From: Candidatus Latescibacterota bacterium
GTDB lineage: Bacteria > Latescibacterota > UBA2968 > UBA8231
Assembly: GCA_965261395.1 (NCBI GenBank)
Contig: OZ253462.1
Location: 2,912,001 to 2,976,000 of the forward strand
DNA: 64,000 nt
Reading direction: 5' to 3'
The notes beneath the pieces were generated by a model, which was not told the origin of the DNA, did not search any database, and saw only the letters and a program-made list of their open reading frames with translations. Of the stretch, positions 53,317 through 62,090 are shown in pieces; positions within the stretch are counted from its first letter, which is position 1; the number at the start of each line of letters is the position of its first letter. Made by a program: the position numbers and the translations under genes.

Positions 53317-56300
53317 CGGCTCATCCCCGCGTGTGCGGGAACATATTGCAGAGAGTCGCGGCGTAACAACTTCACCCGGCTCATCCCCGCGTGTGCGGGG
53401 AACATTTAATAGTTTGCCACATAATGTGGTTAACTAGCGGCTCATCCCCGCGTGTGCGGGGAACATACAATGTGAAATCTACGCTGGGGCACCGCATCCG
53501 GTTCATCCCCGCGTGTGCGGGGAACATCACCATTCGCAGATCGTAGTCGTTCACGCTAACGGTTCATCCCCGCGTGTGCGGGGAACATCAGGTTCATCGG
53601 ATATAGAGCGCCAGCGGCGACGGTTCATCCCCGCGTGTGCGGGGAACATTTGGTAGGCAACCCCCCATCATTGGACCAGGCCGGTTCATCCCCGCGTGTG
53701 CGGGGAACATATGCTGATGCTGGCGAGGGCGAAGGGGTTCATCCCCGCGTGTGCGGGGAACATCTCGACAAGGCCCGCGACCGGTCAGCCAAGACCGGTT
53801 CATCCCCGCGTGTGCGGGGAACATATGGTGGAGGTCATAGTCACCCTCTCCAAGCTCGGTTCATCCCCGCGTGTGCGGGGAACATTTGCAGATGTTGACG
53901 GGTGCATAATGCGTATCCGGTTCATCCCCGCGTGTGCGGGGAACATGATGTAAATTTCCTGTGTCGCGCGCCGTCTGCCGGTTCATCCCCGCGTGTGCGG
54001 GGAACATTTCACGCAGGCGGCCAAAGAAGGCAACGTCCGCGGTTCATCCCCGCGTGTGCGGGGAACATTCCCTGGTCTGCCGAACCGAATCGCTAAAATC
54101 CGGTTCATCCCCGCGTGTGCGGGGAACATATTAACGCTCATAGCATCCAGCCCCACCACGCCGGTTCATCCCCGCGTGTGCGGGGAACATGGGGTCAGAA
54201 TACCCATCAGGATATTTCCTTTCGGTTCATCCCCGCGTGTGCGGGGAACATCGCCCCAAGTGGTGCATCATGCACACCAAGGTCGGTTCATCCCCGCGTG
54301 TGCGGGGAACATTGCTCAATCCAAGTCGAACCCGATCTTTCGAGCGGTTCATCCCCGCGTGTGCGGGGAACATCGGCCTCAGTCCCTCTACAATAACATG
54401 ACCATCGGTTCATCCCCGCGTGTGCGGGGAACATCAACAGCTCGAAGACCTCATCGTCAGACAACTCGGTTCATCCCCGCGTGTGCGGGGAACATTGGTG
54501 GTGGTGGCCCTCCGCCGCCGATGTAAACGGTTCATCCCCGCGTGTGCGGGGAACATAGATTATGTATATATCGGCGCAACATCTACGCCGGTTCATCCCC
54601 GCGTGTGCGGGGAACATACCATGGCAACGCAAAACGTATTTCAGATCATCGGTTCATCCCCGCGTGTGCGGGGAACATCCACTTCGGTTTTTTTGAACGC
54701 GAAGGCTTCCCGGTTCATCCCCGCGTGTGCGGGGAACATCCACTTCGGTTTCTTCGAACGCGAGGGTTTTCCGGTTCATCCCCGCGTGTGCGGGGAACAT
54801 ACGACCTAGGATACAATTACAACTCAGCCGGCCGGTTCATCCCCGCGTGTGCGGGGAACATCAAGTCTCAGCCGAGCCCCATTTCTTCTCAGACGGTTCA
54901 TCCCCGCGTGTGCGGGGAACATAAAAACTCGCCTTTTTTGATCGCGTTGAACGCCGGTTCATCCCCGCGTGTGCGGGGAACATAAGCTCGGCCCCATGAC
55001 GTTGCGGTACTCTAACGGTTCATCCCCGCGTGTGCGGGGAACATCTGGGGCTTGAGCCTATGTCGGGGTCGCTTATCGGTTCATCCCCGCGTGTGCGGGG
55101 AACATTCGCAATGCCTTATTGCTTTGCGCGTCAACGTCGGTTCATCCCCGCGTGTGCGGGGAACATCTCCCTGTCGTCAAGGTGAAACAAGGTGCGACCG
55201 GTTCATCCCCGCGTGTGCGGGGAACATTTCGCGCAAGCCCTTTGCCGCTTCTGCGATCTCGGTTCATCCCCGCGTGTGCGGGGAACATTTCGTCAAAGCC
55301 TTTATGCTCGCCCGCAAAGCCGGTTCATCCCCGCGTGTGCGGGGAACATATGCTTGTAACCTTCTGAATGAGGTTGCAAGGCGGTTCATCCCCGCGTGTG
55401 CGGGGAACATTTCCCTATCGAGCAACAGCAGAGAATCAAAGTCGGTTCATCCCCGCGTGTGCGGGGAACATATCTCCTTCTTGACCGCGCTCGCGTCGAT
55501 GTCCGGTTCATCCCCGCGTGTGCGGGGAACATTTCGCATCTGAGCGCGTCCAGCACAAATTTCCCGGTTCATCCCCGCGTGTGCGGGGAACATTTTCGTC
55601 AAAGCCTTTATGCTCGCGTCGATGTCCGGTTCATCCCCGCGTGTGCGGGGAACATATGCAAGCAACCTGCTGAATGAGGTTGCAAGGCGGTTCATCCCCG
55701 CGTGTGCGGGGAACATCTATTGTATTGATTGTATTGAAACGCGAAACACGGTTCATCCCCGCGTGTGCGGGGAACATTAGGGTCAGTATCCTGCGAAGCG
55801 ATGCAATCCTGGTTCATCCCCGCGTGTGCGGGGAACATAAGCAACTGACGTATTGTATTGACGCGAAACACGGTTCATCCCCGCGTGTGCGGGGAACATT
55901 GTAAAGGAATCGCTCGCCGACTCGCTGCCGACGGTTCATCCCCGCGTGTGCGGGGAACATATCGCCAGTCAATGCAGTCCGGTAGAGTCAAGCGGTTCAT
56001 CCCCGCGTGTGCGGGGAACATACGGCGAAACTGCTCGACACCTATGTCGATAGCGGTTCATCCCCGCGTGTGCGGGGAACATACGCCGGGACAATCCGGC
56101 AAAACGCTTTACCACGGTTCATCCCCGCGTGTGCGGGGAACATATACAGATCAGATCAGATCAGATCAGATCAGCCGGTTCATCCCCGCGTGTGCGGGGA
56201 ACATTTTAAAATAGTGGTGGAAAGTGCTTGACAATGCGGTTCATCCCCGCGTGTGCGGGGAACATAAAAGGCCAGCGGTTAAAATTTAACTATTGACCGG

Positions 56301-57424
56301 TTCATCCCCGCGTGTGCGGGGAACATGTTTAACTCCCCTCACGGGAGGAGCCTATCACCGGTTCATCCCCGCGTGTGCGGGGAACATGCGCGCTCGGGGC
56401 TTTTCTCGATGCGCGTTTTCGGTTCATCCCCGCGTGTGCGGGGAACATAGGTAGGCCGTGTACGGCCCGGTTGCCGATACCGGTTCATCCCCGCGTGTGC
56501 GGGGAACATCGGTTTAACTGCCATTGCTGGCAGCCCATCACCGGTTCATCCCCGCGTGTGCGGGGAACATTGCGATAGGGAGCGCGTTTATTGTGCGTGT
56601 TACGGTTCATCCCCGCGTGTGCGGGGAACATTCTCAATTATTGCTTGTGTTGGTATCGGCTACCGGTTCATCCCCGCGTGTGCGGGGAACATCGGTTTAA
56701 CTCCCGTCGCCGGGAGCCCATCACCGGTTCATCCCCGCGTGTGCGGGGAACATTTCTGCAAAGCCTTTATGCTCGTCCTCAGGGCCGGTTCATCCCCGCG
56801 TGTGCGGGGAACATTGTAAAGGAAACGCCCGCCGGCTCGTCGCCGACGGTTCATCCCCGCGTGTGCGGGGAACATTCCGGTTGGAACAAGGTAGGTTTTT
56901 CCTGCTACGGTTCATCCCCGCGTGTGCGGGGAACATGTGTGGGCTGAACTTTGGATCAGCCCGTGCGGCGGTTCATCCCCGCGTGTGCGGGGAACATCCT
57001 TGTGAGTGTGCTGCGTTTCCTGGGCTGAGCGGTTCATCCCCGCGTGTGCGGGGAACATAATATCGGCCAGCTTGGCCGATACAATGTTCGCGGTTCATCC
57101 CCGCGTGTGCGGGGAACATTGAGCAACTTCGGCAATCAGCAAGGCAAGGGCCGGTTCATCCCCGCGTGTGCGGGGAACATCCTCTATCGTCAAGTATCTC
57201 TGGGTGCTGCGTCGGTTCATCCCCGCGTGTGCGGGGAACATCGGGTGCTAATGGCGTTGAATAGTGCGAGTAGCGGTTCATCCCCGCGTGTGCGGGGAAC
57301 ATCTGGTATTCTTCGTCCAGGTGTTTGCGAGCATCGGTTCATCCCCGCGTGTGCGGGGAACATAATACCCGCACTCACATGAGGTAAATTTCAATCGGTT
57401 CATCCCCGCGTGTGCGGGGAACAT
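53317..57424 (-). CRISPR. Type I-E CRISPR array, 68 repeats/67 spacers, repeat ATGTTCCCCGCACACGCGGGGATGAACCG
   Basis: 29 bp repeat, 61 bp period, mostly 32 bp spacers; degenerate repeats at the 53317 end, leader next to cas2; counted by eye. Confidence 0.98.
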
Positions 57425-57529
57425 ACTTAATCGTAACTGCTTGCTACAGTTTAGGTTATATGCCATGCAAAATAGCTACCGACTATTTGACCCCCGATTC
57501 ACCCACTCCACATATGCCGAGAACATACT
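57425..57529 (-). promoter_or_regulatory. CRISPR leader
   Basis: AT-richer non-coding segment between cas2 stop and first repeat. Confidence 0.75.
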
Positions 57530-57808
57530 TCACTCAGGCAAAAAAGATACGAGTCGAAGACCGTCAAAATCCACAGGTATCCGGCGGTTTGTGCCAAAGG
57601 TTTCAAACTCAAACCCCGCGTCATTGGGGGCGGCCCAAGCAATCACAGCATCACCGTCGCCGATGAGCTCGCACACATTGTCGCGGATCATAGCGCGGGT
57701 CTTTGCCGAGTAGTTGCCGATATAGACACCGGCTCGAAGTTCCAGAAGCCAAACCGCGAGCCGGCCCCGCAGGCGCGGCGGCACATTATTAGTCACCACT
57801 ATCATCAT
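57530..57808 (-). CDS. cas2: Type I-E Cas2
   Basis: VPPRLRGRLAVWLLELRAGVYIG, PVDFDGLRLVSF. Confidence 0.96.
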   Translation of the reverse strand: MMIVVTNNVPPRLRGRLAVWLLELRAGVYIGNYSAKTRAMIRDNVCELIGDGDAVIAWAAPNDAGFEFETFGTNRRIPVDFDGLRLVSFLPE

Positions 57809-58752
57809 CCTCGATGGCCCTCATCTCCGCTTGAAGGTGGATCGGCAAAGGCCGGGCCTACCGCATCATCTGGCATTTTCGGCGGCGGCAACTCGCCCGC
57901 TGCGAGCACTTCTCCGATGGTTGGAATCAGTCGCCTGAGCAGCTTGGTTCTGCGGAACGTGTCCCGACACGCCAAGCGCACTTCGCGCACAGGCTCGGCA
58001 GAACGCCCCTTCGCGTGCTGTCCCGCAATGCGAAACGCTGTCGGCACCGCCGTCTCAAATTTGAATAAATCGGCAATGTCGTACACAAAGGAGAGGGGTT
58101 TACCAGTATGCAAGAAGCCGACTGCTGGGGCATATCCAGCCGCGAGCACGGCGGCTTCCGTAATGCCGTAGAGGCAGGCAGTTGCTGCCGAGAGGCAGCG
58201 GTTGGGCACATCGGAGAAGTTCCAATCCGAAGGATCGTAGCTGCGCCTTTTCCACTGTACTCCAAACTGCCGCGCCAAATTCTCATAAAGCGCACGTACA
58301 CGCGCCCCCTCAATTCCGCGAAGCTGTTCGACAGAACGGCGTTGCGGCGCTCGCTCGTCAAATCGGATTTGATACATCCGCCGCACGATCTTCAGCCGAG
58401 CGTCGGGGTCAAGCGCGAGGCGGCACTGCCACAGAAGCCTGTCGGACCGGGCACCTCCCGGCTGACCAGCCGCGTATAGGCGCACCCCGGCTTCACCGAC
58501 CCATATCAGCAAAGTACCGACCCGTGCGGCGAGTGCCACTGCAGCATGACTGACCCGCGCACCAGGTTCGAGCATGATGCAAGCCAACCCGCCAACGGGG
58601 ATGTGCGTCCGCACCCCCTTTACATCTACGAGCACAAAAGCTCCATCGAGTACGTCGAGTTGGCCCTTCTCCACAAAAACGATAGAGGTGCGGTCCTTTA
58701 TGGGGATCGGCTTGGGGGGCGGAGCACCCGGCATTCTGTCAGGGCTAGCCAT
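57805..58752 (-). CDS. cas1: Type I-E Cas1
   Basis: MLEPGARVSHAA, GEAGVRLY, LRGIEG, GFLHTGKPLSFVYDIAD. Confidence 0.97.
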   Translation of the reverse strand: MASPDRMPGAPPPKPIPIKDRTSIVFVEKGQLDVLDGAFVLVDVKGVRTHIPVGGLACIMLEPGARVSHAAVALAARVGTLLIWVGEAGVRLYAAGQPGGARSDRLLWQCRLALDPDARLKIVRRMYQIRFDERAPQRRSVEQLRGIEGARVRALYENLARQFGVQWKRRSYDPSDWNFSDVPNRCLSAATACLYGITEAAVLAAGYAPAVGFLHTGKPLSFVYDIADLFKFETAVPTAFRIAGQHAKGRSAEPVREVRLACRDTFRRTKLLRRLIPTIGEVLAAGELPPPKMPDDAVGPAFADPPSSGDEGHRG

Positions 58753-58775
58753 CAAGCGATCCTGCGTATAAGCGA

Positions 58776-58865
58776 TGGTTCATCCCCGCATGTGCGGGGA
58801 ACACAGAGGTAGTCATCAGGCGATCCTGCGCATGAGTGGGTCATCCTCGCGTGTGCGGGGAACAT
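58776..58865 (-). CRISPR. Mini-array (2 repeats, 32 nt spacer) at the cas6e/cas1 junction
   Basis: Repeats at 58776-58804 and 58837-58865; flanked by duplicated CTGCGTATAAGC. Confidence 0.92.
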
Positions 58866-59608
58866 CTGCGTATAAGCATCAGGCCGCAGCCAAATGCCTT
58901 GCCGCGCCCGAATCCCTGCCGAAGGCGGGCGAGAAACGAGTTAGGCTCGGTTATGGTCAAAGCACCTTTGAGGTCGAATATGCCCAAAGTGCCGAATTTC
59001 CCACCGCGCCGTGCGAAACGCTCGGCTCGATAGCCTTCGAGCATCAGTGCGTCAAGGCAGAATCCGTATGCTTCGGCCCGCGCCGCTAGCCAGTCGTAGG
59101 CCGCCTTTTTGGCAAACTGCATCCGATACTTGGCGCGGTTGAGGGATTCATCCCCGCGTGTGCGGGGAACATTCTTGAGCAAGTCCATGGCCACATCGCA
59201 GCGTTGCCGTATGGCCGGTTCATTCCCGTGTGTGCGAGAAACTTTCCGATCGACCGTGGCGTTAAGGCGCAGATCGAACGCCAGCCGGTCTCCTGGCGAG
59301 AGTGTCGGCTCGAAGGGCTTCGTCTCGATAGCGAAGAAGGGAGAGTCTTCCAAAGGCTTGGGGCCGAGAAGATAGTACCGCCCGCGCTGGCGGTCGGCCC
59401 GCCAAAGAAACGCGGATTTCGGCGTACCGGCAGTCCGGCTCTGCTCTACCTCAGTACGCACATTTGGCGGGATGACCGTCCAGATCAGCCGGTGATCTAC
59501 CGCGAGGCGGTCAGACGACTTTGATGGCTGAAGGACCTGTAGCAGGGGAGCTATGTCTGCGGCGTCGCGCCGGAGCGTAAGACGCGAAAAGTGGAGTGGC
59601 TCACTCAT
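58841..59608 (-). CDS. cas6e: Cas6e (Cse3) crRNA endoribonuclease
   Basis: HRLIW, LAFDLRLNAT, C-terminal GFGRGKAFGCGL G-loop. Confidence 0.95.
   Translation of the reverse strand: MSEPLHFSRLTLRRDAADIAPLLQVLQPSKSSDRLAVDHRLIWTVIPPNVRTEVEQSRTAGTPKSAFLWRADRQRGRYYLLGPKPLEDSPFFAIETKPFEPTLSPGDRLAFDLRLNATVDRKVSRTHGNEPAIRQRCDVAMDLLKNVPRTRGDESLNRAKYRMQFAKKAAYDWLAARAEAYGFCLDALMLEGYRAERFARRGGKFGTLGIFDLKGALTITEPNSFLARLRQGFGRGKAFGCGLMLIRRCSPHTRG
59144..59244 (-). CRISPR. Two CRISPR repeats embedded in frame within cas6e
   Basis: 59144-59172 matches consensus 27/29, 59216-59244 matches 24/29. Confidence 0.88.
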
Positions 59609-60321
59609 TGCGAAGCCTCCTCTTGGTCAGTGGGAACGTATTCGTATTCGCGCCGTTGCCCGAACTGCCAGCTCGTGCGGTCGCCCGGCTCGTCCATCCG
59701 CAGTCGCATCCGCAAGGAAGCATCGAGAGGACCGAGGTCCGCCCGATCCTCCACGGCGATTAGGCCATTCGGCCCATCGCTATGGCGCTTGAACGCATCA
59801 ACGACCGTTTGTGCTTCAATGATCTCCGGCGCGAGTGGGTGGGACAGTGGGCAGGACTTGCGCCCTAAATACAATGTATAAGCTGGCTTCTCAAACCCAG
59901 CTTTGAGGTCCCGCAACGAGTATCGTCCGCCCGATATGGCTCGGTAAGCCGCCTGATAGCGCACATCTGTGCGGTACTCTCGGTGGGTGATACTCGTCGC
60001 AAGGTCCAAGGGATGGGAAAGTGCCTCCGCTCTAGTTCGGGGATGTCCCTTGGCCGAAGGCAGCGACTGGTAAGTGTGAAAATCCGTCACCAACGTCCCG
60101 GCGCACAGGGTGCGAGTAGCGACGCGGAAAGAGGCAGCAAGCGCCCGCTGCCCTTCCGCATCGGCGCGATCAATACCCAGCGCCGCGCCCGCCATCCCCA
60201 AAAGGGCAGATCGCGTTGGACGGTCGGCCGTGCCACGCCGCACATTGCCTGCCTCTTCGCCGAAGCTGGCAAAGGGTGCGGCCAAGGTAATAATTAACCA
60301 TTTCCTCGGTTCACCATTCAT
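59605..60321 (-). CDS. cas5e: Cas5e
   Basis: APFASFG, PTRSALLGMAGAALG, DFHT, LYLGRKSCP. Confidence 0.95.
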   Translation of the reverse strand: MNGEPRKWLIITLAAPFASFGEEAGNVRRGTADRPTRSALLGMAGAALGIDRADAEGQRALAASFRVATRTLCAGTLVTDFHTYQSLPSAKGHPRTRAEALSHPLDLATSITHREYRTDVRYQAAYRAISGGRYSLRDLKAGFEKPAYTLYLGRKSCPLSHPLAPEIIEAQTVVDAFKRHSDGPNGLIAVEDRADLGPLDASLRMRLRMDEPGDRTSWQFGQRREYEYVPTDQEEASQ

Positions 60322-60353
60322 TTTAGTCCCTTCGGGAATATATGTGGTTCGTG

Positions 60354-60443
60354 CGGTTCGTCCCCGCGGATACGGGGAACATCCTACGTGTAGTTGGATG
60401 TCGTCGCTTCAATCCGGTTCATCCCCGCAGGTGCGGGGAACGT
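60354..60443 (-). CRISPR. Mini-array (2 diverged repeats, 32 nt spacer) between cas7 and cas5
   Basis: Repeats at 60354-60382 and 60415-60443 with intact stems. Confidence 0.9.
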
Positions 60444-60462
60444 TTTGCCAAATAGCAAATTG

Positions 60463-61521
60463 CTACAGTTCCTCCGCTGCGAAGGCGGCTAGCTCCTCCA
60501 ACATGGCACTATCCTCTTCACCTACATGGAGTTCGCTGGCTTCCCAATCGTCGTCGTAGGTCTTCGCAAAGGCGGTACGCTGCTTCTTGAGTACCTTTAC
60601 GGACTCCCCGAGTTGGTCTTCCGATTTTACCGGCTTGGTGAAGGCACTAGCCAAGCTGCGAGGTTGGCTATCCCCGCGCTCTAACAACATGTATTCGGCG
60701 CGTACGTGATTGGCGAAGCTGTTTTTCTTACCGGAAGGCGATGCGGTCGCCGCAGCGCGTACTAGCGCGGAGAGCGCACGGCCTGCCAGTTCTGTATCGC
60801 TCGCAAGATTTTCCAGCAGCAGGACCCTATTTACGCAGATGTAGAGATAGAAGACGCCAGCGCCGAAACCCGCCTCTCCGATGAAACCCGCGCCCGCATC
60901 CTCTTCTGGGGTCTTCAGATCGTCAACAGCCGTGTAGTAGTCATCTTCAATATCGACTCGGTTGGTGGTAAAGGCATGAGCCACTTGCACGGCGGCATCG
61001 CGGTTGAAGTCGGGGTTGTCAGCCAACATGCGCCCGAACATAGCAATGTCCACGGCACCGTCGGCAGTGCTTAGGACCTGTTTCGCCAGTTCCTTTTCCT
61101 TCGGTAAGGTTTCCCCGCTCAGTGCCTTTTCTGCCAAATCGAATGCAGCAGCGCGTTCCTCCGGCGAGATGAAGGCTAGCTGTTCGGTATAGGCCGGATT
61201 TGGGTCTTTCTCATTCTTTACTTTACCGAACAGAGCAGCGATGGTCCGGGCGATTTCGAGCGCCTTGTCCTCCGAAGCACCCTTTTCTAGCAGATGCTCT
61301 CGCACCTTGTCGCCCATACGCTGCGTGCGCTCGCCTAGCTTTCCCGTTAGGGCGGACCGGAAAGCGTCGTCCGTGCGGATGGCGCGTTTGAGGGCTTGGC
61401 TGGAAATGCGCATCCGCGACACACCGCCGATGAAAGCGGTCTTGGGACGGCCGAGGTCGTCTCGGTTGGGGTTAGACGGTGGATAGGCTGTCAGAACGTG
61501 CATTTGCACAAAGCGGCTCAT
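60463..61521 (-). CDS. cas7: Cas7 (Cse4)
   Basis: PSNPNRDDLGRPK, RISSQALKR, DIAMFGRMLA, DYYTAVDD. Confidence 0.97.
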   Translation of the reverse strand: MSRFVQMHVLTAYPPSNPNRDDLGRPKTAFIGGVSRMRISSQALKRAIRTDDAFRSALTGKLGERTQRMGDKVREHLLEKGASEDKALEIARTIAALFGKVKNEKDPNPAYTEQLAFISPEERAAAFDLAEKALSGETLPKEKELAKQVLSTADGAVDIAMFGRMLADNPDFNRDAAVQVAHAFTTNRVDIEDDYYTAVDDLKTPEEDAGAGFIGEAGFGAGVFYLYICVNRVLLLENLASDTELAGRALSALVRAAATASPSGKKNSFANHVRAEYMLLERGDSQPRSLASAFTKPVKSEDQLGESVKVLKKQRTAFAKTYDDDWEASELHVGEEDSAMLEELAAFAAEEL

Positions 61522-62090
61522 AGTTGAGTCTCCTCTTGGGGTTGGGTGTTCTCTGCGGCATCGGTCCGCCGCGTGTGATAGTAATCAAAGGTCCATTTCT
61601 GCCGAGTCTGGTCGTTAAAGAAAAGCACATCGCCGATAAAGCGAGGAACGTCGAATGGCGCATCGCCCAAAATAGCAAGGGTCCGGCGCAGTGCCCGTGC
61701 GAACATGTCCACATCAGTGCCATCCTTGAGCAGGTTGCTGAAGCGCATGGGCGACAGGCGTGGACGGGCGTCGCCTTTGGGGATGGAACCATCCCACGTG
61801 AGGCCCAAGGCGTCAGCGAAGGGGGGGAGATGGGCGGTCCTCTCGGAGGGTTTAACCCGCGCAAGGGCCATAGCCAGCACGGCGAGGCGCTGCTCAAGCG
61901 CGTGGCCGGCGGTAGCCTTTTCATGCACACTGGCGATCAACCTGTGGGTTTCTGGCTCTAAGAGGGCGTCGAATACGCTTTCGCAGCGCTTCAGCCGCGC
62001 CCGTGCACCCCGGTCTCCGTGGTCCGCGTGAAGCGATACCCACCAGTTCACCACTGCATTGACGGTAGGGTTATTTCGGTTGAGCTGCAT
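61518..62090 (-). CDS. cse2: Cas11 (Cse2) small subunit
   Basis: DRGARARLKR, LSPMRF, W..DYY; position in operon. Confidence 0.9.
   Translation of the reverse strand: MQLNRNNPTVNAVVNWWVSLHADHGDRGARARLKRCESVFDALLEPETHRLIASVHEKATAGHALEQRLAVLAMALARVKPSERTAHLPPFADALGLTWDGSIPKGDARPRLSPMRFSNLLKDGTDVDMFARALRRTLAILGDAPFDVPRFIGDVLFFNDQTRQKWTFDYYHTRRTDAAENTQPQEETQL

Noticed and set aside
53711-53734. Short 24-nt spacer in the array
   Set aside because: Likely an ordinary deletion in the old trailer region; no target recognised in the window
56327-56724. Hairpin spacer family as hammerhead ribozyme core or tRNA T-arm
   Set aside because: GUGAUGG..UAAAC lacks the C3-G8 pair, A9 and catalytic G12 of CUGANGA..GAAA; T-arm pairing fails in two of three spacers
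53594-57466. Many ORFs across the CRISPR array (GSSPRVRGT, RFIPACAGN, VHPRVCGEH)
   Set aside because: These are translations of the repeat, not genes
60460-60470. 11-bp TTGCTACAGTT shared between the cas7 end and the CRISPR leader (57441)
   Set aside because: Too short to distinguish from chance, though it could hint at a leader-like site
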